This document shows, in pieces, positions 50,820-59,356 of a stretch of 64,000 nucleotides of DNA; position 1 is the stretch's first letter; each line of letters opens with the position of its first letter. The stretch is taken from positions 796,156-860,155 of the forward strand of contig CP097967.1 of NCBI GenBank assembly GCA_023703535.1, in the 5' to 3' direction. Origin of the DNA: SAR86 cluster bacterium (GTDB taxonomy: Bacteria; Pseudomonadota; Gammaproteobacteria; Magnimaribacterales; TMED112). The position numbers and the translations under genes were made by a program. The notes under the pieces were generated by a model. The model saw nothing but the letters and a program-made list of their open reading frames with translations. It made no database searches and was not told the origin of the DNA.

Positions 50820-52561
50820 AAGAATATTTAATACGTATTTACTCATTACTTTATGAAGATAAAAAAAGACTTCCATTACTGCTTGTACTGTTTTTACTTA
50901 CTTCATTTTTTGATGCGTTAAGCCTAGCGATTTTATTTCCATTTATACAAATACTTGTGAATTTTCAGGATTTTCAATCTAGTTATGGATGGTTTTTTGA
51001 GAGCATAAACCTTACTTCGAAATCGGAAATTATTACATTCTTAGGCATTACACTTGTTTCACTATTCATTATTAAAGCTCTTGCTTCAATCTTGGTAAAC
51101 TGGGCCATTTTAAGAATAACCTACAATAGACAAGCAAAGATTAAAACATCTCTACTACATAAATACCTTAATATGCATTACAGAAAGTATATAGAAGGAA
51201 ATAGTGCCAGATACATTCAGATGATTCAAACAATGAGTATGCAATTCATTAAAGTTTTGCAAGGATTTTTAAGGCTTCTTTCAGATGGTCTTATTTTTCT
51301 TTCGATAGTAATTGTTTTAGCTATTGTTGAAGGCCCACTTTTAATTTATGTCGGCGGCATGATGATAGTTCTTCTTTTAATATATGACATTTTTTTCAAA
51401 AAACTTTTAGATAGCCAAAGTAGAGCTATTACTGACTCTAGTGTACAAGTCACAAAAACAGTAAATGAATCAATCCAAGGTCTTAAAGAAATTAAGATTC
51501 TTGGAAAACAAAACTTTTTTGAAGATATTCTTAAGGAAAATGTAGACATTTATGCAAAAAATAATATTTATGCTGATCTAATAAGAACGCAGCCAAAACA
51601 CATTATTGAGTTGATATTTGTAATTGCTTTTACTTTGGCAGTTGTGTTCTTTACTCCATTACAAAACGATTTTCAGAGCTTAATACCCACGCTTGGAGTA
51701 TTTCTCTTTGCTGCAATTAGGTTAATGCCTACCCTTAATCAAATGCTTGCTTCTGTAAATGTTCTTAGAATAGGCTACTATCCCACTACCCTTCTTTTTG
51801 AGGACATGACAACAAAACAAGACCTTGAAGAAGATGATTATAAAGCAAATGTCTTAAAAGATGGCTTCACCTCCATGCTTTTGAAAAATGTATTTTTCTC
51901 ATATAAAAATGATAAAGAACATCAATTAAATGGTATTTCATTACAGGTTGATAAAAATAAATCGATAGGTCTTTTTGGACAATCTGGATCAGGAAAAACA
52001 ACTCTTGTCGACGTGATGTTAGGTCTACTAGAGCCAAGTAAAGGCGAGATTCATTTAAATAACAAAATTGTAAAAAATAATAAAGAATTTAGAAATTTAG
52101 TGGCATATATTCCACAAGATATTTTCATAATTAACGACTCAGTAAAAAACAATATAACTTTAACTGGGAGGGATGAAGTTATTGATGATGTTTTATTAGA
52201 AGATGTAGTGTTGAGATCAAGACTTAAAGAGGTTATCAATAATCTCCCTGAGGGAATTAATACAAATATTGGAGAAAGAGGAGTAAAGCTTTCTGGAGGT
52301 CAAAAACAAAGAATTGCTATAGCTCGAGCACTCTATAACAAAAGAGAAGTTCTTATTATGGATGAGGCAACTAGTGCTTTGGATAATAATACGGAAAAAG
52401 AAATAATTGATGAAATAAGAAAGCTAAAAGGTAAAGTTACTATGGTAGTAATAGCGCATAGGCTTACAACACTGCAGCACTGTGATGAAATTTATGAAAT
52501 TAGTAATGGAAGAATTAGTGAAAAATATAACTATGAAGACATAAGTAAAAGTAAAAAATAA
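50816..52561 (+). CDS. ABC transporter permease/ATPase (MsbA/PglK-like glycolipid flippase)
   Basis: TM domain, GQSGSGKT, LSGGQ, MDEATSALD, IAHRL. Confidence 0.92.
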   Translation: MKEYLIRIYSLLYEDKKRLPLLLVLFLLTSFFDALSLAILFPFIQILVNFQDFQSSYGWFFESINLTSKSEIITFLGITLVSLFIIKALASILVNWAILRITYNRQAKIKTSLLHKYLNMHYRKYIEGNSARYIQMIQTMSMQFIKVLQGFLRLLSDGLIFLSIVIVLAIVEGPLLIYVGGMMIVLLLIYDIFFKKLLDSQSRAITDSSVQVTKTVNESIQGLKEIKILGKQNFFEDILKENVDIYAKNNIYADLIRTQPKHIIELIFVIAFTLAVVFFTPLQNDFQSLIPTLGVFLFAAIRLMPTLNQMLASVNVLRIGYYPTTLLFEDMTTKQDLEEDDYKANVLKDGFTSMLLKNVFFSYKNDKEHQLNGISLQVDKNKSIGLFGQSGSGKTTLVDVMLGLLEPSKGEIHLNNKIVKNNKEFRNLVAYIPQDIFIINDSVKNNITLTGRDEVIDDVLLEDVVLRSRLKEVINNLPEGINTNIGERGVKLSGGQKQRIAIARALYNKREVLIMDEATSALDNNTEKEIIDEIRKLKGKVTMVVIAHRLTTLQHCDEIYEISNGRISEKYNYEDISKSKK

Positions 52562-53430
52562 TGAGAGCCTTCTGTTACATTCAAAAAAAATACTATAAGT
52601 GGAAGATTGATCTAATAGCAGATGATTTATTTAAAGGCGAAAAGAAAAATTGTGAAATTGAAATAGTTTATCCAGAAAATTTTTCATTAAATACTCTTTC
52701 CAAAAAGAAGAAATATGATTTTCTAGTTGGCTGCAATGTTGATGATTTTAAATTCCAGCTACTGTATAAATTTTTAGATTTCGATAAATTTATTACCTTT
52801 GATGAGGGTCAAAGAAATATAAATGAAAATGATAAATATTATTCCAAGAATTTTTCTTTTGAAAATCAAAAAAAGTTTTATTTTTTGAATAAAATTTGTG
52901 GCTTTCCATTACCTTTTGGAAAGCTCCTGGAGAAAAGTGATAAACACTATTCGTTTTTTGACCCAAAAATTTTTAATCATCCTATTAAATCGACCACGTT
53001 TCTTAAGAAGAAAAAAATTACAAAAAAGATTACAAAGATATTCTTTGGAGTAAGTAGCAATTGGGTTTTTAGTCATAGAGAAGATCTTTTGAATAAACCA
53101 AAAATCATAGAGAAGAAAATAAATGAAGCAGCTTTGAAAATAAATAAACTGTGTCCTGATCTATACATCCCCCACCCCAGAGAAGATGAGAGAATACTAG
53201 AATTACTTAATGAGAATATTACTGTTGTAAATTGTCCAAATGGAAGTGAGGATTTTGTTAATAAATTAGCTTTAAATAATGAAATTGAGGTATTTACAGA
53301 AAAATCAGGGATAGTTTTTGATCTTAACAAAAAAATAAAAATTTCTTTTATTGATTTATTTAATAGGTTTAGTAAATCTGAATACGACAAGTTTAAAAAT
53401 CAATATAAAGAATTTAAGAAAAGCAATTAA
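52561..53430 (+). CDS. GT52-like CMP-ulosonate (sialyl-type) transferase
   Basis: TFDEG (D/E-D/E-G motif) and PHPRE (HP motif), as in Lst-type sialyltransferases. Confidence 0.7.
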   Translation: MRAFCYIQKKYYKWKIDLIADDLFKGEKKNCEIEIVYPENFSLNTLSKKKKYDFLVGCNVDDFKFQLLYKFLDFDKFITFDEGQRNINENDKYYSKNFSFENQKKFYFLNKICGFPLPFGKLLEKSDKHYSFFDPKIFNHPIKSTTFLKKKKITKKITKIFFGVSSNWVFSHREDLLNKPKIIEKKINEAALKINKLCPDLYIPHPREDERILELLNENITVVNCPNGSEDFVNKLALNNEIEVFTEKSGIVFDLNKKIKISFIDLFNRFSKSEYDKFKNQYKEFKKSN

Positions 53431-53674
53431 ATCGAAATGTTAGGTAAACTGTTGTAAATTGTCCAAATGGAAGTGAGGATTTTGTTAATAAATTAGCTTT
53501 AAATAATGAAATTGAGGTATTTACAGAAAAATCAGGGATAGTTTTTGATCTTAACAAAAAAATAAAAATTTCTTTTATTGATTTATTTAATAGGTTTAGT
53601 AAATCTGAATACGACAAGTTTAAAAATCAATATAAAGAATTTAAGAAAAGCAATTAAATCGAAATGTTAGGTAA
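53221..53674 (+). repeat. Exact tandem duplication, 2 x 227 bp (53221-53447 and 53448-53674)
   Basis: Copies compared base by base with no mismatch seen; unit spans the last 69 codons plus stop of the GT52-like gene and the start of the next gene. Confidence 0.95.
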
Positions 53675-54542
53675 AGATAGTAAAAAAAATATTCAATTTC
53701 CCGTACAAAAACAAGGCACACCAAGTGTAGTAGTTTTAGAAGACTTTTTTAATGAAGAATTTATAAGAGAAGCTAATAATGATTTTGAAGAGTTTATAAA
53801 AAAATCATCTGAGGTCGATTTTCTTAGTTTTGGAGAAACACGAAAAAATCTATCTTCAAGAGGATCTAGATATGAGGAAATTGTCAAATCGTCAAAATCT
53901 ATCAACAAAATTTGTGAATATATTAAGTCTGAGGAATTCTTTAAAAAATGTATTAAAAATTCGACTGAAGCATTCAATAAAAAAGGATTAAAAATAAAAA
54001 TTCCAAAATTTAATCAAAATTCCTTTGACTCTCTTAGGTTTGCTAAAAAATTCTCTATCTTATGGGCACTTAATAAGCTTCGCTTTGTTTTGTTTCGAAT
54101 TCCCTTTTTTGGAGACTTATTTGAGAGATTAAGTTTATCTATTTTTGGAAACGTAGCTCCTACTATTGATGTTGCACAATCTGCAATGGGTTATGAAGTT
54201 GGAATGCATACTGATAGCAGATTTAAACTCATGGCCGGAATTATTTATTTAAATACAACAAAAAATGATAGTGACGGGGAAACAGAGTTTTGGAGCTCCG
54301 AAGGTCTTTCAAACCTTGAAAATCAAAAAAGATATCCAGATAAGGAGGATATTAACAATTCCAAACTTTTAATGAGTGTTAAACCTAAGGCGGGAAGAAC
54401 TGTTTTATTCATAAACTCAAATGATGCTTATCATAGTGTTAAGAAATTTAAAGGAGATAAAAGGAACATCATATATTTTTCCTTTTCTGTTCCTATTTTA
54501 GATAATATCTGGAAAACAGATTTTAAAGTTAAATCTCTTTAA
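53664..54542 (+). CDS. 2OG-Fe(II) oxygenase superfamily protein
   Basis: HTD, GIIYLN, GETEFW, AYHSV, R (HXD...H...R triad). Confidence 0.8.
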   Translation: MLGKDSKKNIQFPVQKQGTPSVVVLEDFFNEEFIREANNDFEEFIKKSSEVDFLSFGETRKNLSSRGSRYEEIVKSSKSINKICEYIKSEEFFKKCIKNSTEAFNKKGLKIKIPKFNQNSFDSLRFAKKFSILWALNKLRFVLFRIPFFGDLFERLSLSIFGNVAPTIDVAQSAMGYEVGMHTDSRFKLMAGIIYLNTTKNDSDGETEFWSSEGLSNLENQKRYPDKEDINNSKLLMSVKPKAGRTVLFINSNDAYHSVKKFKGDKRNIIYFSFSVPILDNIWKTDFKVKSL

Positions 54543-55365
54543 TTGCTTCAAGCATGTGTTGATGAACAACATCCTCTTTGCCTACCAGATCATTAGCTAA
54601 ACAAAAGCCTATGACTGCCTGCATAAGATTCATTCGTGAGCCATCAATACAATTAAGAGAAAGAGAGCTTGCATCTCTTAATAGTTTTGAAGGACTGTTT
54701 ATATAATTAACATCGAATAACAGAGCTTCTTTGTTAATTAAACTTAATTGACTAGTTGAAAGAATAGAATCTTCATTATTTCCATCTTTACCTATAGAGG
54801 TGCAATTTATAAGAACATCATAGCTTCCTATATCAAAATTAAGCGAACCATAATCTTTAAAATTCATTCCAAAATCGGTAAATAAACCAGAAATTTCCTG
54901 ATTTCTTCCATAAACATCTACATCAAAATTTTTATTTTGATTAGAAAGTTGATAGCACAATGATTTTGAAACTCCTCCAGTTCCAAGAATGCATACCCTT
55001 TGAATATCTAAATCTTTTTTTACAGAACTAATTGATTCGAGTAAAGCTAAGGTATCAGTATTAGCTGCTGTAAACTTGCCTTCAGAATTAAAGAAACAAT
55101 TTTTTGGCTCAATAAAACTACCATTATCATCTGCAAAATAATTAGCAACAACTTCTTTAAGTGGTGCTGCTACGGCTCCACCAATAAAATCAGGTTTTGT
55201 TGTTTCTGAATCTAAGAATTCTATTGCATCGCTTTCATGCTCTATATCTACAGTAGTCATTTCTGCATCAATATCGAGCGCATTAAAAGCAGCATTCCAT
55301 AAAATAGGAGAACGAGCACCCTTTGAAACATCTTTCCCTATTATTACCGCCCTCTTCATCGTCAA
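54529..55365 (-). CDS. Divergent shikimate dehydrogenase-family protein
   Basis: RSP, PLK, NTD, LGTGG, MNLMQA; several substrate residues changed. Confidence 0.8.
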   Translation of the reverse strand: MTMKRAVIIGKDVSKGARSPILWNAAFNALDIDAEMTTVDIEHESDAIEFLDSETTKPDFIGGAVAAPLKEVVANYFADDNGSFIEPKNCFFNSEGKFTAANTDTLALLESISSVKKDLDIQRVCILGTGGVSKSLCYQLSNQNKNFDVDVYGRNQEISGLFTDFGMNFKDYGSLNFDIGSYDVLINCTSIGKDGNNEDSILSTSQLSLINKEALLFDVNYINSPSKLLRDASSLSLNCIDGSRMNLMQAVIGFCLANDLVGKEDVVHQHMLEAIKEI

Positions 55366-56237
55366 ATTACTTCTTTAGAAACTGCTTTTGCAACGTTATC
55401 CATTTTTTTCATGAGAGAATTAAACGTTTCAAAGTTGATTGGTTGCAAAGGATCAACAGCAGAATTTTCTGGATCTGGATGAACCTCTAACATTATTGAA
55501 TCAGCTCCAGATGCAATTGATGCAAGTGTCATTGGTTCGACCCAATCACGCCAGAAGGTTGCATGGGATGGGTCTGTAGCAACTGGAATATTTGTTATTT
55601 CTTGTGTTGCTGGAACAACTTGTAAATCCAATGAAAATCTAGAAGTTGCCCTGTGAGTATGTGGAATTGACATTCCTCTCTCACATAAAATTAATTTTGT
55701 ACAGCCCTCCTTAAGAGCGTACTCAGCTGCTCCCAACCAATCTCTTAATGAGGCACCATAATGTCGTTTAAGCATTATAGGGAAACCTGTCTTTGCTGAT
55801 TCTACAATTAGAGGATAATTTTGCATGTTTCTAGATCCAATCTGAAGAATATCTGTAGCATCGCATACTGCATCTAAATGTTTTTCTTCCATAACTTCAG
55901 TTATGACAGGTATTTCAACCTCCTCTCTGGCTGATTTTAACCACTTTAGACCATCTAAGCCCGTTTCTGTATATTTCTCATTTCTATAAGGAAAACTTAA
56001 AGGTTTGAAAGCTCCACCTCTTAGAAAACTAGCACCTGAAGCTTTTACTGACTTCGCAGTTTCTATGATGAGTTCTTCTGACTCAACCATGTTTGGACCT
56101 GCCATAACAGGAATCTTTTTACCATTAAAAACAACACCTGCTATTTCGAAAGGTTCTTTTGAAAAATTAGCTACTAAAGGTATTTTGGACTTTATATCCT
56201 CTTCAGTTATATCTTTTCCGGGAAACTTGTTATACAT
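55362..56237 (-). CDS. Divergent type I-beta DAHP/KDO8P synthase-family protein
   Basis: AGPNMVES, RGGAFKP, QIGSRNMQN, LKR, LCERG, DPSH, EVHPDP, AVD; no regulatory domain. Confidence 0.9.
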   Translation of the reverse strand: MYNKFPGKDITEEDIKSKIPLVANFSKEPFEIAGVVFNGKKIPVMAGPNMVESEELIIETAKSVKASGASFLRGGAFKPLSFPYRNEKYTETGLDGLKWLKSAREEVEIPVITEVMEEKHLDAVCDATDILQIGSRNMQNYPLIVESAKTGFPIMLKRHYGASLRDWLGAAEYALKEGCTKLILCERGMSIPHTHRATSRFSLDLQVVPATQEITNIPVATDPSHATFWRDWVEPMTLASIASGADSIMLEVHPDPENSAVDPLQPINFETFNSLMKKMDNVAKAVSKEVI

Positions 56238-57291
56238 CTTGCCCTAGTTTAGCTGATCTCACATCATCAGAAAATGAAATTATTGAATTATTCTCCACAG
56301 ATGAATATAAAGCATGAATATATTTTATTGAATCTAAACTGGATTCTGCACTTGTAGGAAAAATAATTTTTCCTGAATCATTAAAATTTTTACTAATTTC
56401 TTTAAGCATATGATAATGACCGTTACCATAACCATTTTTTACAGTTTCTGAGTTCTCTTTAAGTTCATTTGATAGCTCCACTCCATCAAGCTTAACTCTT
56501 GTAAGCTCATTTAAAGCGATACCTCCAACTGAAATTTGATATTTATCAGTCACCACTTCTAATGATGCTGAAAAATCTTCAGGTCTCACAGCGGTCGTTG
56601 CTTCAATTGTAAAAAATCCACCCTTTAAAAGTGTTCCAGACGCAACAAAAGTATCCTCAGCCTCAAGTTTATTATTGATATTTCCAGAGAAACCAGATAA
56701 AAATTGCGGAGGGCCAAATAAATAAAATAGAGCATCAATATGGTGTATTGCTTGTTGGCTAATTACTCCACCATCTGTTTTCCATCTCCCGTGCCATTCA
56801 TCATTGTAATAATCTTGAAACCTACACCACTGCAATTTAACACTTGCTGAAATGATTTTTCCAAAATCATTTTGTGAAAAGAGATTTTCAATATATTTAA
56901 TAGGTTTATTCAGTCTGTTTTGAAATACACCTCCGTAAAGAACATTTTTTTCTTTAGCAAGTGCCATATTTGCAACAACATCCTCTACGTTAAGACCTAT
57001 AGGTTTTTCACACAGAACATTAACTCCATTTTGTAAAAGTACCTTTGAGTTTTCAGCATGACTGCCTGATGGAGTAGTAATTATTGCAATATCAACATCA
57101 TCTTTGCTTACCTCATCTATTGAAGCAAAGGTCTTACCTGAATTCTCTTTTTCCCATTTGCTCCTTGATTCTGCATACTGGTCTATGCCTACAGAAAAAA
57201 TATATTCATCAGATAAATTTTCTTTAATAACTTCAGCATAATGTTGAGCTGCTCGCCCTAAACCTATGAAAGCTAGTTTTAATTTACTCAA
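56230..57291 (-). CDS. Gfo/Idh/MocA oxidoreductase (WlbA/WbpB-like)
   Basis: GLGRAA, CEKP, QNR, WCRFQDYY..WHGRWKTDGG, QAIHHID. Confidence 0.85.
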   Translation of the reverse strand: MSKLKLAFIGLGRAAQHYAEVIKENLSDEYIFSVGIDQYAESRSKWEKENSGKTFASIDEVSKDDVDIAIITTPSGSHAENSKVLLQNGVNVLCEKPIGLNVEDVVANMALAKEKNVLYGGVFQNRLNKPIKYIENLFSQNDFGKIISASVKLQWCRFQDYYNDEWHGRWKTDGGVISQQAIHHIDALFYLFGPPQFLSGFSGNINNKLEAEDTFVASGTLLKGGFFTIEATTAVRPEDFSASLEVVTDKYQISVGGIALNELTRVKLDGVELSNELKENSETVKNGYGNGHYHMLKEISKNFNDSGKIIFPTSAESSLDSIKYIHALYSSVENNSIISFSDDVRSAKLGQDV

Positions 57292-58609
57292 ATTTCACCT
57301 CAAACTTACTCATTTCTTCTTCAGTGCTTATTTCAATCATATCAGCTTGATTAAGTTGGGGGATAAGATTTACCCTTTTTTGTAAAAAGTTCCCATTCCT
57401 TAAATCTGATGCATTAAGTGTGCACCCAAAACCAAATGGACAAATCATCACTGATGATTCCTCCAATTCTCTTGGTAATAGCTGATTATTTATTGCTATT
57501 TCACTTTCCTCTCCTCTTGTAAAACATATTCTTTTTTCTTCATGGCTATAAAGTGTTGGTAGAAATGCTGATTCGTAAAAACTATCTACCAAATTTTTAA
57601 AACTACTCTGATCTCTAAAAGGGTAGTTAACAGAAGAAAGAGTAATAGAATTAGGTATATATTTTTGATTTTCAAAATCTAAAAGACAATCTTTTAATAC
57701 ATCATTTAAGGAGGTGTCATAGTCTTTTGTGCTTCTATCAAAAATATTGAGTCCAGATTCTTCTGCTTGCTTCAAAGCCTTTTTATCAATTCCACAAAAT
57801 ACTATGTCTTCAAAAACCGAACTTTTTTTTGCATCACTTATAACTTTTCGCAAAAGACCAAGACGAAAGTTGTCATATTTTTCTCTATCAAAAATAATAA
57901 GTATGTCTTTTGTTTTTCCTTTATATTCACAAAGATTTTCACTCTTAAATTCGTCTGCTTCCATTATTTGAACAATTTTTTTAGCTCTTTTTTTATCTGC
58001 TTCCTGATGTATGCCATGATGATGAAAAACTACTGCATCCGGCTCATATACAATCTTGAGTTTATTCTTTATAACTTCTTTTCCCCAAATTCTGTCCTCA
58101 ATATTAGTCACTTCATCATCGAAACGAAATTTCTCCCAGGTTTTTCTTGTAAATGCTGAGTTGGCGTTGTGAAAAAAAGAATCCTTTTCCTGAACTCTCT
58201 TATCATTTCCAAATGTCAAAAATAAATCCCTTTTATCGAGATAATGTGATGAACTTGTGGGTACTTGCTTTCCATAAACACCCGCAATTTTTTCATCTTC
58301 TAAATCACTTACTAAATTTTTAAGCCAATCTTTCTCTTTGGGAATGCAGTGAGCAGACAAACATATCAGATAATCTCCTGAAGAGTTTTCAATTCCATAA
58401 TTTATTGCGTTTCCTGGTTTAAATTCTTTGAGGGTAACTACTTTTACATTCCATTCTTTTGCTTTTTCAACAGTCTTGTCTGTGGAACAGTTATCTACAA
58501 TAATTACCTCAAAATTTTTGTAATCCTGTTTGAAAATTGCATTTAAACAAATAGAAATCCATTTTTCTTCATTCTTTGTTCTAATTATTATGGAAGCTTT
58601 TTTCATCAT
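57284..58609 (-). CDS. GT2 glycosyltransferase with C-terminal degenerate cytidylyltransferase-like domain
   Basis: SIIIRTKNE, VDNCSTD, LSAHC, NANSA, IEDRIW; C-half has YPFR and IEISTEEE echoing NeuA motifs. Confidence 0.75.
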   Translation of the reverse strand: MMKKASIIIRTKNEEKWISICLNAIFKQDYKNFEVIIVDNCSTDKTVEKAKEWNVKVVTLKEFKPGNAINYGIENSSGDYLICLSAHCIPKEKDWLKNLVSDLEDEKIAGVYGKQVPTSSSHYLDKRDLFLTFGNDKRVQEKDSFFHNANSAFTRKTWEKFRFDDEVTNIEDRIWGKEVIKNKLKIVYEPDAVVFHHHGIHQEADKKRAKKIVQIMEADEFKSENLCEYKGKTKDILIIFDREKYDNFRLGLLRKVISDAKKSSVFEDIVFCGIDKKALKQAEESGLNIFDRSTKDYDTSLNDVLKDCLLDFENQKYIPNSITLSSVNYPFRDQSSFKNLVDSFYESAFLPTLYSHEEKRICFTRGEESEIAINNQLLPRELEESSVMICPFGFGCTLNASDLRNGNFLQKRVNLIPQLNQADMIEISTEEEMSKFEVKFE

Positions 58610-59340
58610 ATTTTCTCTGGTACCGGAGGTAAATTGTCAAAATCATTCTCTTTGATCCATTCGGCTGCCTTATTAGCTAAAAATAAATCAAAATTATTAT
58701 GTATGTCTAACGCTGAAAAGCTTCTATTATCTGTTATCAGCTTAACATTGTCACCAATTCTACGCCCATTCCTCCAAAGGTTTGAACGAGATGCACAAGC
58801 TAACCCAGTATCTTCCCTGTATGATTTTCTTCTAACTTGTCTACTCTCATAAACACTCATCCATTCTTTTAGACGTATTGGATTATTATCAATTACCTCC
58901 CAAAAGTTTTTGTGAGTTTCATTAGCGACGAATACACTCTCTAATTCATTATTTTCTTCAAGTGCATCTATAGCATGATCTATCCATCCATCTCTTCTGA
59001 ACAAATCAGTACATGTTAAAAAAACGCATATATCAAAGCTTTGTTTAAATATTTTTTCTGACTCCAATAAAGAATACTTTAATGTCTCCTCAGTGGTTGT
59101 TAAATCACCTGAAACATCACTAGTACGCAAAAACGGAACTTCTGCACCATATTTTAAAGCAACCTCCCTTATGTCTTTATCGTCTGTAGAAACAACTATT
59201 TTCGAAAGTTTCTTAGATCTTTTAGCTGCCTCGATTGGCCATGCAATTAAAGGATGACCCAAGAATTCTCTTAAATTCTTTTTCTCAAGCCCTTTAGAAC
59301 CTCCCCTTGCAGGGATTATTGCTATACTATTACTCTGCAT
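58606..59340 (-). CDS. Acylneuraminate cytidylyltransferase-family protein (NeuA-like)
   Basis: IIPARGGSKGLEKKN, VVSTDD, GAEVPFLR, LDIH. Confidence 0.9.
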   Translation of the reverse strand: MQSNSIAIIPARGGSKGLEKKNLREFLGHPLIAWPIEAAKRSKKLSKIVVSTDDKDIREVALKYGAEVPFLRTSDVSGDLTTTEETLKYSLLESEKIFKQSFDICVFLTCTDLFRRDGWIDHAIDALEENNELESVFVANETHKNFWEVIDNNPIRLKEWMSVYESRQVRRKSYREDTGLACASRSNLWRNGRRIGDNVKLITDNRSFSALDIHNNFDLFLANKAAEWIKENDFDNLPPVPEKI

Positions 59341-59356
59341 TAAAGGTAGATTTTAC

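Noticed and set aside
53073-53617. Two near-identical minus-strand ORFs (53073-53390, 53414-53617)
   Set aside because: Antisense by-products of the 227-bp duplication.
53221-53674. Duplication as a transposon target site or mobile element end
   Set aside because: Copies abut directly; no transposase, inverted repeats or integrase in the window.
54529-56237. Housekeeping aroF-aroE operon
   Set aside because: Key substrate and metal residues are altered and neighbours are glycan genes; treated as paralogues, pending a genome-wide check.
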